From IMG/VR virus record IMGVR_UViG_2706795432_000001, positions 1-64,000 of that record: a stretch of DNA of 64,000 bases. The stretch is one strand, 5' to 3'. Source of the stretch: a virus. Lineage: Duplodnaviria; Caudoviricetes. The notes under the pieces are model-generated. The model did not search any database, had not been told where the DNA came from, and saw only the letters and a program-made list of their open reading frames with translations. Made by a program: the position numbers and the translations under genes. Position 1 is the first letter of the stretch. Each line of letters begins with the position of its first letter. Below are positions 20,178 to 31,700 of the stretch, piece by piece.

Positions 20178-20623
20178 CCATGCAGTTTAACAACTACAAT
20201 TCTGCCACCACCAATGGCTCTCAACTCTCGAATACCCAGATGGGGATGAACCAAGTCCAAGTCGGTGCTCCAACTGGGAATGTTGGTACTCCGGGTGTGA
20301 CTGATGTCACTGTGGCTTCTCCAACCACTCCTCAAGTGGGAAACACTGGAGCACAACAAGGCTCTGGTTTCTGGTCCAAAGATGGTGGTGCTGGTCTGAT
20401 CCTTGGTGGAGTTCAGGTTCTGGGGAATCTCTGGTCTTCGTATCAGGCACACAAGATGGCCAAAGAACAGATGGCTTTTGCTCGTGAGCAATGGGATACG
20501 AACCTTGCGAACCAGACACAGACCTACAACACCGCTCTGGAAGATCGAATCCGTGGTCGTTATGCGACTGGTACTCGTAGCGAAGAACAGCTTCAGGGCG
20601 AAATCGACCAACACAGCCTGTAA
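20174..20623 (+). CDS. N4 gp52-like small virion protein
   Basis: 149 aa; Gly/Gln-rich; synteny. Confidence 0.7.
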   Translation: MTMQFNNYNSATTNGSQLSNTQMGMNQVQVGAPTGNVGTPGVTDVTVASPTTPQVGNTGAQQGSGFWSKDGGAGLILGGVQVLGNLWSSYQAHKMAKEQMAFAREQWDTNLANQTQTYNTALEDRIRGRYATGTRSEEQLQGEIDQHSL

Positions 20624-20633
20624 GGAATGAACC

Positions 20634-22691
20634 ATGGCCAACAGTGATCCTCGACTCCAGTGGCGACAGCTTCAAGTCTCTTCGCCAAATGTCTCTGGCC
20701 TCATGGCTCAAGTCCGAGGTGGTATCAATGATGCTGCTTCGGCTGCTGAAGGCATTCTCGGTCGATACCAAGAAGGTGCAGAACTGAAAGCAGAAAATGA
20801 ACTCATCCGTCGTATTGGTGGGATGGATCAGGATCAGCTTCGGACTGCATTCAACAGTGGTGCGTTTGATGACCTCAATCTTGGTGAGAACGGTCTTCGT
20901 ACTTTGAATGAAGCAATGGGAGCACGGGCTGATATCCGTTCTACCAATGTGAACTCTGACCGTACTCAAGCCTCGATTGGCTGGGGGAATGATGCAAACT
21001 CTCGTGCCAATGCTGCTGAAGGTCGAAGTGCAACTCGCTTTGGCTGGGAAACGGATGAATACAACCGGGGTCAGGCTCAACAAGACTGGCTGGAAAACAA
21101 TGCTGGTGCCTTCTTTGATGCAGAACGTGGTGCATTGACTGGTGGTACTGCATTCTCTGCTCACATTGACCGTACTGAAAGTGGTGGTGCTTCTGATCAG
21201 TATGACACTCTGTACGGTCATCGTAACCGTAACAATGGTGTACGTGTGTCGCAGATGACATTGGGTGAGGCTGGTCGCTTTGCATCTCCTGATGGACAAT
21301 ATGGCCAGTCTGTGAATGCTGAAATCGGTCGTGTGGCCACTCCAATGGGTAAGTTTCAGATCGTTGGTTCAACTCTTCGTGGTCTTCAGCGTGATCTGGA
21401 CCTGCCTGATGATGTACCATTCTCTGCTCCTGTTCAGGAACAACTTGGTCTTTATCTGGCTCAACAGCGTGTAATGGGTCCACGGTCTCGTGAATCCATG
21501 CGTGCTGGTCTTCGGTCTGAATGGGAAGGCTTCAAGAATGTCTCTGATGCTGAACTGGATGTCATGATTGATGAGATCCGTTCGATGCCTTTGGTCAATC
21601 GGGAAAGCATTCTGGCTGCCGCTGCTGGTGGTCCTCCTGCAACTCCGGGACAACCTGCTGCTCAACCATTTGAACGTCCTCGTAATCAGTCTATCCAAAC
21701 TGGTTTTGGAGGTGATGCTTTCACTGCTGCAATGGCTGCTTCTGGTCAATTCACCCCTCAAGAGATCTTGGGTCAGGTGAACCCTCTCCGTGAAGCTGGT
21801 CAACGTGGTGATGAACTCATTCGTCAGGAAGATGCTGCTGCAACTGCTGACCTCGTTACCGGGATCACTCAGAATGTTGTCAGTTCCGATGGTTTCACTC
21901 CGGGTGATGCTGCTGGTGCTCAGACTGCAATCCAAGAACAACTGCTCCAGACTGGGGAATACTCCACGTCGGAAGCTGCTGACCTTGCTGCTGCTGCAAT
22001 TGCCAACATCGAAGCTGACTCTGCTCTGAATGCTGAATTCAACCGTGGTCGTTCTACGGAAGCACAAAATGCTGTGATCAATGAAGCTCTGGGTAATGCC
22101 ATGAAACAGGCAAACCGTGGTCTTCAAGGTACTGATCAATATCGTGCTCTGTCTGATATCCCCCGGTATGAAGAGAACCCGGCTGGAAGTCTGGAAGCAG
22201 ATCTTGGTATCGCGGATGATCCTCAGACTCCTTCGAACTATCGTTCGGAAGATCTTCGTCGGATGGTTAATGATTTGGCTGCCCACTACAAAGTACCACC
22301 TGCTGTTATGGCTGTGGCAATGCGTGATGCGTACAATCCGGATCCGGGCTTCATCAACGGTGAAGATACTTGGCATGGTTTGGGATGGGATCTTACCCGG
22401 AACAGCCTTGAAAATCGGTTTGATCGTGCTGCTGTGGAAGCTGCTGTTGCCCAGCTTACTCCAGAACGTCAGGCTGAATTCGACCGTGCTCAGTCGGAAC
22501 TGACGATCAATGAAACCCGTCTCCAACAGAACGCAAGCCAACAGCGTCAGATCATTGGTCAGATGAATCGTTTCGAAGCGTCTGGGAATACTGATGATCC
22601 TCGTTATCAGACTCTTCGTGAACGTCTGGATCGACTGATCCAAGATGCTGCTACGATCTCCCGTGCTGATGGAAACCTCGACGGACGTTGA
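20634..22691 (+). CDS. N4 gp51-like ejected virion protein with lysozyme-like domain
   Basis: 685 aa; ESGG...YDTLYG...GKFQIVGSTL...FSAPVQEQL...EWEGF muramidase-like segment; directly upstream of vRNAP. Confidence 0.75.
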   Translation: MANSDPRLQWRQLQVSSPNVSGLMAQVRGGINDAASAAEGILGRYQEGAELKAENELIRRIGGMDQDQLRTAFNSGAFDDLNLGENGLRTLNEAMGARADIRSTNVNSDRTQASIGWGNDANSRANAAEGRSATRFGWETDEYNRGQAQQDWLENNAGAFFDAERGALTGGTAFSAHIDRTESGGASDQYDTLYGHRNRNNGVRVSQMTLGEAGRFASPDGQYGQSVNAEIGRVATPMGKFQIVGSTLRGLQRDLDLPDDVPFSAPVQEQLGLYLAQQRVMGPRSRESMRAGLRSEWEGFKNVSDAELDVMIDEIRSMPLVNRESILAAAAGGPPATPGQPAAQPFERPRNQSIQTGFGGDAFTAAMAASGQFTPQEILGQVNPLREAGQRGDELIRQEDAAATADLVTGITQNVVSSDGFTPGDAAGAQTAIQEQLLQTGEYSTSEAADLAAAAIANIEADSALNAEFNRGRSTEAQNAVINEALGNAMKQANRGLQGTDQYRALSDIPRYEENPAGSLEADLGIADDPQTPSNYRSEDLRRMVNDLAAHYKVPPAVMAVAMRDAYNPDPGFINGEDTWHGLGWDLTRNSLENRFDRAAVEAAVAQLTPERQAEFDRAQSELTINETRLQQNASQQRQIIGQMNRFEASGNTDDPRYQTLRERLDRLIQDAATISRADGNLDGR

Positions 22692-22704
22692 CCCGAACAT
22701 GAGA

Positions 22705-22755
22705 ATGTGACACTTAGAGCAGGAACCACACAAATCCTGCTCTAAGGTGTCATAT
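22705..22755 (+). promoter_or_regulatory. Long hairpin occluding the vRNAP ribosome-binding site
   Basis: Arms 22708-22724 and 22735-22752 form 17 bp with one bulge; the 3' arm contains TAAGGTG. Confidence 0.6.
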
Positions 22756-22756
22756 C

Positions 22757-25700
22757 ATGTCTGAACGCGACGAAATTCTTGCAGCCGAATTGATTGCTCA
22801 ACGTCTTCGGGATCCCAAATTCCAAGAAGAAGTCGCAGTCTCTCGTAACCGGGATACCGGAAACGAAGATGAACTCATTCAGGATATGCGAAACCTCAAT
22901 GACTTGGAGATTCGTGCCAAGTACGGGGATGAAGGTTATCTCGCTTCCATGGGTCAGTATTACACCTCGAATGAGGTGGATCAGATCAATGATCGTGAAC
23001 GTACTACCCGTGAGAAATGGAGCGATATTGCCACCAGTGCTGTGATGGCTCCCATTCGTTCAGGTGGAAACCTGTCTGGTATTGGTGCTGGTTTCTTGGT
23101 TGAGAAAATGACCGATGGTCAGATCTCCCGTGAACAAGCCACTGCTGACATTCTTTCGGCTCACAATACGGCTGTTGAGAATGTTCTTCAGGAAAACCTT
23201 TCTGAAACCATTCAAGATCGTCAGCGTCTGTTCCAGATCGAAGGTAAACTGGATTCCTTCGACAACTATGTGGAATACGAACGTGATCTGGCTGAAGGTG
23301 CAAACCCAACACTGGCTGAATGGCGTATGGAAGGGAAGAACTTCATCGACTCTGCCAGCCGTGCTCTGAACAGCGGTGATGTCACTGCACAACTCATTGC
23401 TGAAGGTGTGGGTGATATGGCCCTGTCTGCACCTCTTGGTGGTGCTGCTGGTTTGGTTGTCAAAGGTCTTGGCCGTACTGCACTGGCAAGTGCTCTGACC
23501 ACTCGTGTTGGTCGTGTCATGGGTCGTGTGGGTAAGGCTGGAGCCTATGCCTCTGGTGAAGTCGCTCTGGAAGTCTCTGGTGTGTATGCTGAGACTGTCC
23601 AAGATGTGATGGCAATGGAGAACTCCACACTTCTGGAAACCTCTTCGATCTATCGGGGACTGATCCAAGAAGGTCATTCGCCTTCTGAAGCCAAAGCCAT
23701 TCTTGCAGGTATGACTGCTGAGACTGCTGCTATTCGTCAGGCTCCTGCATCTGTTGCCCTTGGTTTCCTCACCTCCAAGTTTGAAGCGATGCCAATTGGT
23801 TCGTTCCGTAACTCTGGTATTGCTGGTGGTCTTCTCACCATGGCTGGTGAAGGTATCGAAGAAGCAGGTCAGGGGATCTCTGGTAAGATCAACCAAAACA
23901 TCGCTGTGGAAGAGTTTGCCAATATTGGTCGTCGTACTCTCGAAGGTGCAGGTGAAGAAGCTGCTCTGGGTGCAATTGCTGGTATCGGTACTGCTGGTGT
24001 CTTTGCGACTCCCAGTGCTCCTCGGAATGTCCTGAGTGATGCTGGCAAAGCTCGTGATGCACTTCTGGACTTTGCTCTGGATGGAGCCACCGAATACAAT
24101 GATCCTCTTCGTCAGAACATCATGGGTCGAGATAGTCGAGCACAGGAAGCTGCACGGGCTGCTACGGCTCTTGCTGTAGACTTCGGGACCAATGTGGGTC
24201 GTGGTGCTGCTGCCTTTGCAGGAGACGCTCTGAAGGCTGGTGAGGCCATTGGTTTGGATAAGGCTGCTCGTGCAACTGTTGATGCTGCTCGTGGGGCTAC
24301 CCAGACGGCTGTGAACACCACTGCTGAAGCTGTGAACCGTGTGAATACTCGTGACGAACGTGCTCAGACTTCCAAGGAAGTGGAAGAAGCTGTGGCTGCT
24401 GCTCGTACTGTGGATGAGGAAATCCAAGCTGGTCAGGTGACTCCTGAAGTTGCTCAGAGTGTTAGCAATGAAGGCACTGCTCCTACTCCGAACCTGAGTG
24501 ATACCGTTGGTTCGAACAAGATCGAGACTGTGGCCAATATCATGGCCAAGGTTGGATCTCGTGCATTCAAACCAACTGTGGAAGACAAAGCCTTTGCTGC
24601 TGCTCAGATCAAATCTCTGGCTGGGGTTATGAACTCTCTGCCTGCTAAGGCACGTCGTCAGGTAGCCAAACTGGTTACGTCGAAAGCTGCTCAGAACGTG
24701 GTCAAAGAAGCTGGTGAGATTGATCTCAATAAGGAAGAGGTTTCGCCGGAAGCTGAAGTTTCCACAACCGTCAACGTGGCGAAGAGTAATCCGGCTAACG
24801 TGAATCCTGAGAAAACCAAGAAGATCTTGGAAGAGTCGGGTGAGATTATCTCCCCGGAGGATGCAAAGTATCTTCGCGTTGCTTCGAAAGTTGCTGGTAC
24901 TATCAACAACTTGGTTGGGAATCTGGTGTCCATCCGTGAGACGGAGAACATTGGTCTCAAAGCGGACGATCAGGCCGAGAAGGAGAAGATCGACCCGACC
25001 GCCCGCAGCATCTATGTCGATGGCTATGTCAACGACAAGGGTGAGAAACTCCGGTCTATCAACGACTTTGCCTCGGACATTATCCAAGGTGCTCAGTCGC
25101 CAGACGGGACGATCATCAACCAGAAAAGAGAAGTGGTTCCTGTACGGTCTGTGGCTGAATCGTTCAACAAGATGGTTCAGCACATGAACAACCGTATTGG
25201 TGCATTAAACCAATCGTTTGATAGCAATACCCGTAACTCTCGGGGTAAACTGACTGCTGGCAAAGGGTTCCCCTTCCAAGGTCTTCGGAATGGTGAGACG
25301 TTTGTCGAACTGACAAGCCCTCTCTATCACCGTGACAATCCTGCATCCGTGGCTCTGGCCAAACGGATTGCTGCTGAACGTGATGCCACTGTGGAGATCT
25401 ATGAAGCTCTGCAAGCAGAGTTTCCTGAGATCTTTGATGGTTTGGTTCTTCCTGATCTGATCGAACTGAAAACAGAAGAAAACCAAACCCAACAACCAAC
25501 GGGTATCGAGGAGTCTTCGACGCCCGAAGGCGGCGAAGTGACGAGCACCGAAACACAAACACAAGAAGAGAACGACAACCCAACGGCTGTCGAAGAGGAG
25601 ACAAATTCTGAGGAAGGAGCAGACGAGACCGGAGCGACCGCGACGGACGAGACTGTGACGACCGAAGAAATTGACTCCGATGAGCAAGCTCTCAATGAAG

Positions 25701-28700
25701 AAGAGATGTCTGATGAAGAGATCCGTGATCTCATGGATACTCCTTCCAGTTGGGCTGAAGCTGATCGTGTACGGATCCAAGAACGTCAGAATCGTCTGGC
25801 TGGTGCTGCACGTCAGTATGTCTCTGAAATGATGGGAGATTCTCTGAAGAAACGAATCCGTCAGCTTCGTATTTATCCTGAATCTTTGGGTCTTGGTCCG
25901 GGATATGCTCATGTCTCTGAGGATGGAACCAAGAAGAAGATCTACCTGTCGGAAGCCATGTTCGATGAGAATGATCAACTGACTGCTGAAGGACGTGCTG
26001 TTCTTCTACATGAAGCTGCTCACATCGTAGACTTCACCAACAGTCCGAACTTGATCTCCCAGTCGAATTACTTCAACAAGACTGGGAAGATCATGAAAGA
26101 GTGGAATGCTCTGAACCCTGACTCCGATTGGGCCAAGGGTCGTATGGAGTATGCCAACAGCTTCCGTGGTAGCGATGACAAACAACATCGTGCTGAAGTC
26201 TTTGCTGTTCTGACGGAATTCTACTATTCCAAGAATGAGTCGCTTCTTGCTGACTCCCCTGAAATCGTAGCCGAAATGGAGACCATCTATGGCACGAAAA
26301 CCCAAGCAACTGGAACTTCCACTGACAGCACCACTTCCGAAGGGACAAGCTCCGAAACCGGAGGAACAACCGATACCACTGAAGGATCGACCTTTGACGC
26401 AGGACTCCGCCCCAACAGCGAATTCCTGAATGAAGTCTATCCTCGTGATGAGAATACGGATGCTCCGGCTGATCTAAATGAGGTGGCCCAAGTCATTGAA
26501 AACAATGGTGGTATCAATACCGTCACTGTGAACAAGATCGTCGAACTGGCTCCGAAACTGACGAACTTCATCAACAAGCGTCTTCGTCAGCGTAAGACCC
26601 AGATCGACGGTAAGACTCGTTCGATCCACAAACATATCTTGGAAAATCCCCAAGGTCTGATGGCAGTCATGCAGTACAAATTCACTGCACTGGCTGATCC
26701 TGAGACTGGGGAGATGAACCAGAACATGATGGAACTGGCCACTGTTGCGATGGTGGACTGGCTGACTGCTGCTTCCCAGTCGGATCCGAACCGTTTTAAG
26801 GATACTCTTGAGAAACAGGGTCTGTCGTTTGCTGATCTGAAGAGCGATGAACAGGCTCGGGATATGGCAATTGGTATTCCCCCGTCGTCTCTGAAACCTC
26901 AATTGGCTCGTGCCATTCTCGATATGTGGGGTGTGAAGCCCAACAAGAAATCCGCCATGGTGGACTACTATGGGATTGCTGAAGGTCTGGCTGCTGAGAT
27001 GCTGCTGGGTCTGGAGGCTGAAGGATATCTTGAGGTTAAGCGTATCGAACTGGCCAAGGTCATGTCTTCTGATGCAGAAACTGGGGACAAAGAGGTTCAG
27101 CATGTGAAGACTGACTCGATCATTCTCAATCTGGAGAAGGTTCGGGAATTCCAGAATGAGGTTCGCTCCAACCGTCAGGATGGGGTTGCCAACACTGTGA
27201 AGGAATACTTCCTTGGGAAATCCCGTGAGATGTATTCCATCGGTGAGAAGATCCCGTTCAAAAAACGTGGTCGTCTGAGTGCTCGTGAGAACAAAGCTAT
27301 TCGGACGATGCAGGATACTCCTCACTTCTACAACGAAGAACTCGGAAACCTCATGCTGGAGATCGGAGACGAAAACCTCATGCGTATCCTTGGTTTCGTC
27401 GAAGGTGTGAATGAAGAGACTGTTCCGAATGCAACTCTGCGTCGTTCGATCCTTGGTAAGAACCTGTCGATTGAGAACAATCTTGCAGATGCAGGTATTC
27501 TGACCAGCCAAATCTCTCGTCAGGATCCGGTGTATTACCCGGTGGATGTGACTTCTGTGGGTCGTCACCAGTATCAAGGTGTGAACCCTCAGTCGAACAA
27601 ATTCCTTCGTGCTCTGGTTACTCCAACTTGGACTACTGTGGATCTGGCAACTCAGGAAGATGCAGTATGGCTGGGTGTTGCTCAGGCTGCTGATCTGCAC
27701 AAGATCGAGAAGAAGAACCACCAGAAGATCCTGTCCACTGTACGGGATGACTTCGAGGCTCGGTATGGCGAAGCCAAGAACCAAGTCCTTGAAATGCTTC
27801 GTGGAAATGAATTTGACTCGGATACCTTCACTGCTTCTGCTCTTGGTTCAGAGACTGAGATTGAGCCTCAAGTTTTGGCAGCCATCTTCACTGTGGCAAA
27901 AATGCAACATGCCAAGGAGTCTGGACAAACCAGCTTCGAATCCAGCCTGTCGGTTGAACTCGACGGTCTGACCAATGGTGCTGCAAACATGATGGTGAAC
28001 TTTGCTCAGGGTCTTATGGAAGCCTCTGAGTGGGAGAACTTCAAGAAGATCGGCTTCTACATCGGGAAGGTTGGTCAGACGATCAACAACTACTTCGAGA
28101 AAGAAGGCAATCTCGATATGTACGAGACTGTGGCACGTCTTGCTCAGGAGAAGATGGTTCGTGCCATGACCAAAGGAAAGATGCAGCGTGAGGCTGTTGC
28201 TGCTCATCGTTTTGCATCTCACTTCGGAGATCTGAAGAAGAACGAGAAAACCGGACAATTCGAAATGTCCCGTAACTCTGCCAAGAACCCCATGACTAAG
28301 GTGAACTATGGTTCTGGTGTTCTGGGTGTGGGTACTGGGATTGCAGATGATCTGATGATGGCATTTTTTGAAGCTCTTCATCAGAATGAACTGTCTGACA
28401 TCGAATATGAAGGTGATCTGCGTGCTGATCTGGAAGTGCTGGGTGTTCGTCTGCCAGAGAACCCTGCTGCAAGCTGGGAACCGACTGTGGCTGAGATGAA
28501 GGCATTCCGGTTCAATGTGGCACAGACTATTGGTCAGGCTCTTACTGAGGCTGCCAAGGAAACTTTGGGCAACCGGATTACTGAAGTGAATGATCTCTTG
28601 GTTTTCTCGACCAATGTTCAGGCTGCCTATCTCAATGAGATGTTTGAACAGAAGATGCTGGAATTGGGAGAACGACTGGCCAAAGAAGGTACGATCCGTC

Positions 28701-31700
28701 GTAACCCCAAAACCAACAAGCCTGTGATGCGTGACATCCCGGTAGAAGAGTATGATCGTGTCGTGGCTGAACTGGAGTCCATGGCTCCTATCTTCACGTC
28801 TGATGAACAGACTCTGGAATTGGGTGGTTTCAAGGTGAAGATTGCAGATGACTGGCCTGTTCTGTCTGCTGCAATGGATGATCGACTGAACCAGAAACCT
28901 ATGCTGAAACAACCTGATGACGTGGGTGTGAAGGCAATTCCGTTCACTGTCATTGGTACTGGTGATGCCATGATGATGAACCTGATCTTCGGTTCTGATG
29001 GTGCTCCGATGGATGTGCTGGGTGTGTTCGATGGTCTGGATGTGCCTGTGACAAAATTGCAACAGTATGCTCCGATGGTAAACCAGAGAGTCATGGAGAC
29101 ATGGGATCGTGATGTTCTGGCTATGGCTGTAGAGAACTTCCGTGGTTTCCTGAACAATGATCTTGACCAAGAAGCTCTGAAGCGTGCCTTTGCAACTGCC
29201 AAGGACAAGTCCAAGAAATCGACTGTCACTGCGACCAGTAATGAAGAACTCATCCAGCAACTGGATATCCGTCTTCAGAACAACCGTGCCTTCAAAGCAA
29301 TGTTGAAGAAGGTTCCGGTCTCTGTCGATCAGATGGGTGGTTCCAACATTGGTTTCTCTCGTGGTGAGGGAAGTCTTGGTCTGAATGCTCTGAACGATAT
29401 TGTACGTCGTGAACTGGAAGGAAAACCTGTTCAGACTGTGGAAGAAATCGACGAAGTGGATGTGAAAAACCCAGTCGAAGAAACCACTGTATCTGCTGTC
29501 ATTCAGGGGATCCGTTGGAGTGAACAACAGAAGAAGGTCATGGACATCATTCGTCCTGCTTTGGGTGATACTCGTGTTGTCTTCGGAACCATTGACCAAC
29601 TGAACGTCTGGCGTCGTGAGAACGTCCCTGATGATGGTCTCGTGATGACTGCACCTGCTCAGTATGATCCAGTGAATGAGATCCTGTTCATGAGCAATGC
29701 TCGTCCTGAGACTATCCTTCATGAACTGGTTCATGCTGGGACATTCCAGAAGGTTCTGGACCATTACAATGGTCAAACCAATGAGGCTGTAACTCGTCTG
29801 GAAGATCTCATGGATGACTTCATGAACATTAAGGATGGTGGTCAAAAGGTACGTGAGGCACAGGCTACGATTGCTCGTTACCGTCAGTCTACGGATCCGT
29901 TTACCAAAGCTGCTGCTGTGAATGAACTCATGGCATATGTTTTGGCCAATGCTGCTGTTCGGAAAAAGGCTCAGACAACGCAAGCCCAATCGCTTGCATC
30001 TATAGGAAGCAAGGTTATTCGCTTGATGCGTCGTCTGCTGGGTGGTGCTCCTGAGTCCATCTATGATGGTGTGGCGTTCAACACTCAGATGCTGATTGGT
30101 ACTCCGATTGATGATTCCACTGGTGACGGTGGTAATGGTGATGGTGGTGGAGATAACGCAGGTGGTGAAATGACACCTCCAGCCAACAACTACACCAATT
30201 ACTGGATCCGTCTGCTGGGGAACTACCTGAATGAGAATACTGATACTGTCACTCGTAATGTACGTCGTGATGAACAAGTCCGTGCTCGTGCATCAGTGAA
30301 TCAGATTGTGGACTCTTTCCGTCAGGTGGGGATGCTTCAGAATCAAGAAGCCCGGATGACGTTCAAAGCCATCTACGGGGTAATCAATGCTGACATCCAG
30401 CTTCGGTCTCAGCCTTTGATCTCGATGAACAAGATGTTTGATCACATCATCGAGAACATGACTCCGGAGATGTTTGGAGATGGTCAGGAAGCTGCACAGG
30501 AATACTCTGCTGTGCTCAATGCTTTCGGGAAAGACAATGACCAGATCAACTCGATCTCGGTTCTGTTGGCTCTGTCTCAGACTTCTTCCAAATTCCGTCA
30601 GGTGCTGGATCAAATCCCAGAACCGGAAACTGGTGCAACTGGAACTCGTCTTCAGGATACCCTGACTGCTGTGGCTACCAAAACCATGGATACGATTACT
30701 GCTCGTGTACATGAGAATGGTGACGCCAAACAGGTGATGGATATGCTGGCTGCCACGATCATTGAACATGATCAGGATCGTGAATGGTTCATGCTTCAGA
30801 AAGTCACCAGTTCGCTGGATGCTGCTGACAAGTATGTTGGTGGTCGGATGCAGGCTCTGGCTGAATTCATGCGTCGTACTGATCGTGAGACCCGTGAGAA
30901 CAGCCGTTCGAAAGTGAAGAAATTCCTCATTGGTTCTGTGACCATTGGGACCAATTACCTCGACAAGACTGGCTCTGATCTGAACAACCAAGGTCTGAAG
31001 AATCAATTCCACATGGGTATCCCGGTACTCTCGATTGTTCCTGTCCGGGAATTGATCTCTGAAATTGTGGGTACGGATCGGTTCAATCAGAAAGTGGTGG
31101 CTCTTCAGGACAAGGTGAACCATGCCATCTCTGGTATGCGTCAGGCTTATCGTGAAGATCTGCCGGGTATTCTGGCAAACCTGTTCCAAGAGAAACCTAC
31201 CAAAACTCAGTGGAAAGCGATGTATAACGTCATCGCTCAGACTGACTTTGTGTCGGTAATCGACCCGAACAACATTGCTCAGGGTATGCAGCTTCTGGCT
31301 GATCCTGCTGTTCGTTCTGCTCGTATCCGTCAACTGGAGACTGAACTGGATCGGAAACTGGTTCCGTATGTGTCTCAGGATGCCAAGGACAAAGCCGAAC
31401 AACTGGCCAACTACATGACTGGTGGTGGTGTTGGAACTCTGCTGGTGCGAAATGCCTATGCAATCGCCAAGAACCTTGACGGTGAGTATGATGCTTCCTT
31501 GGTTCCGGTCTTGGATGAACTGATCTCGATCTATGCCATCGACATGATGGATGCTGATCAACGTCAGGAAGTGCTGGATCTCTATGCTTCGGATCAAGAA
31601 GCCATGGAGCAGATCATCACGTATCTTCAGGGTCTGAATGAGGAAGAAGAGAACAAGCCAAACATCTCTGAGATGGCTCGTCTGAATGCGTATAAAGGCT

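Noticed and set aside
23060-31597. Several 400-800 aa minus-strand ORFs
   Set aside because: Shadows of the vRNAP gene; no recognisable domains
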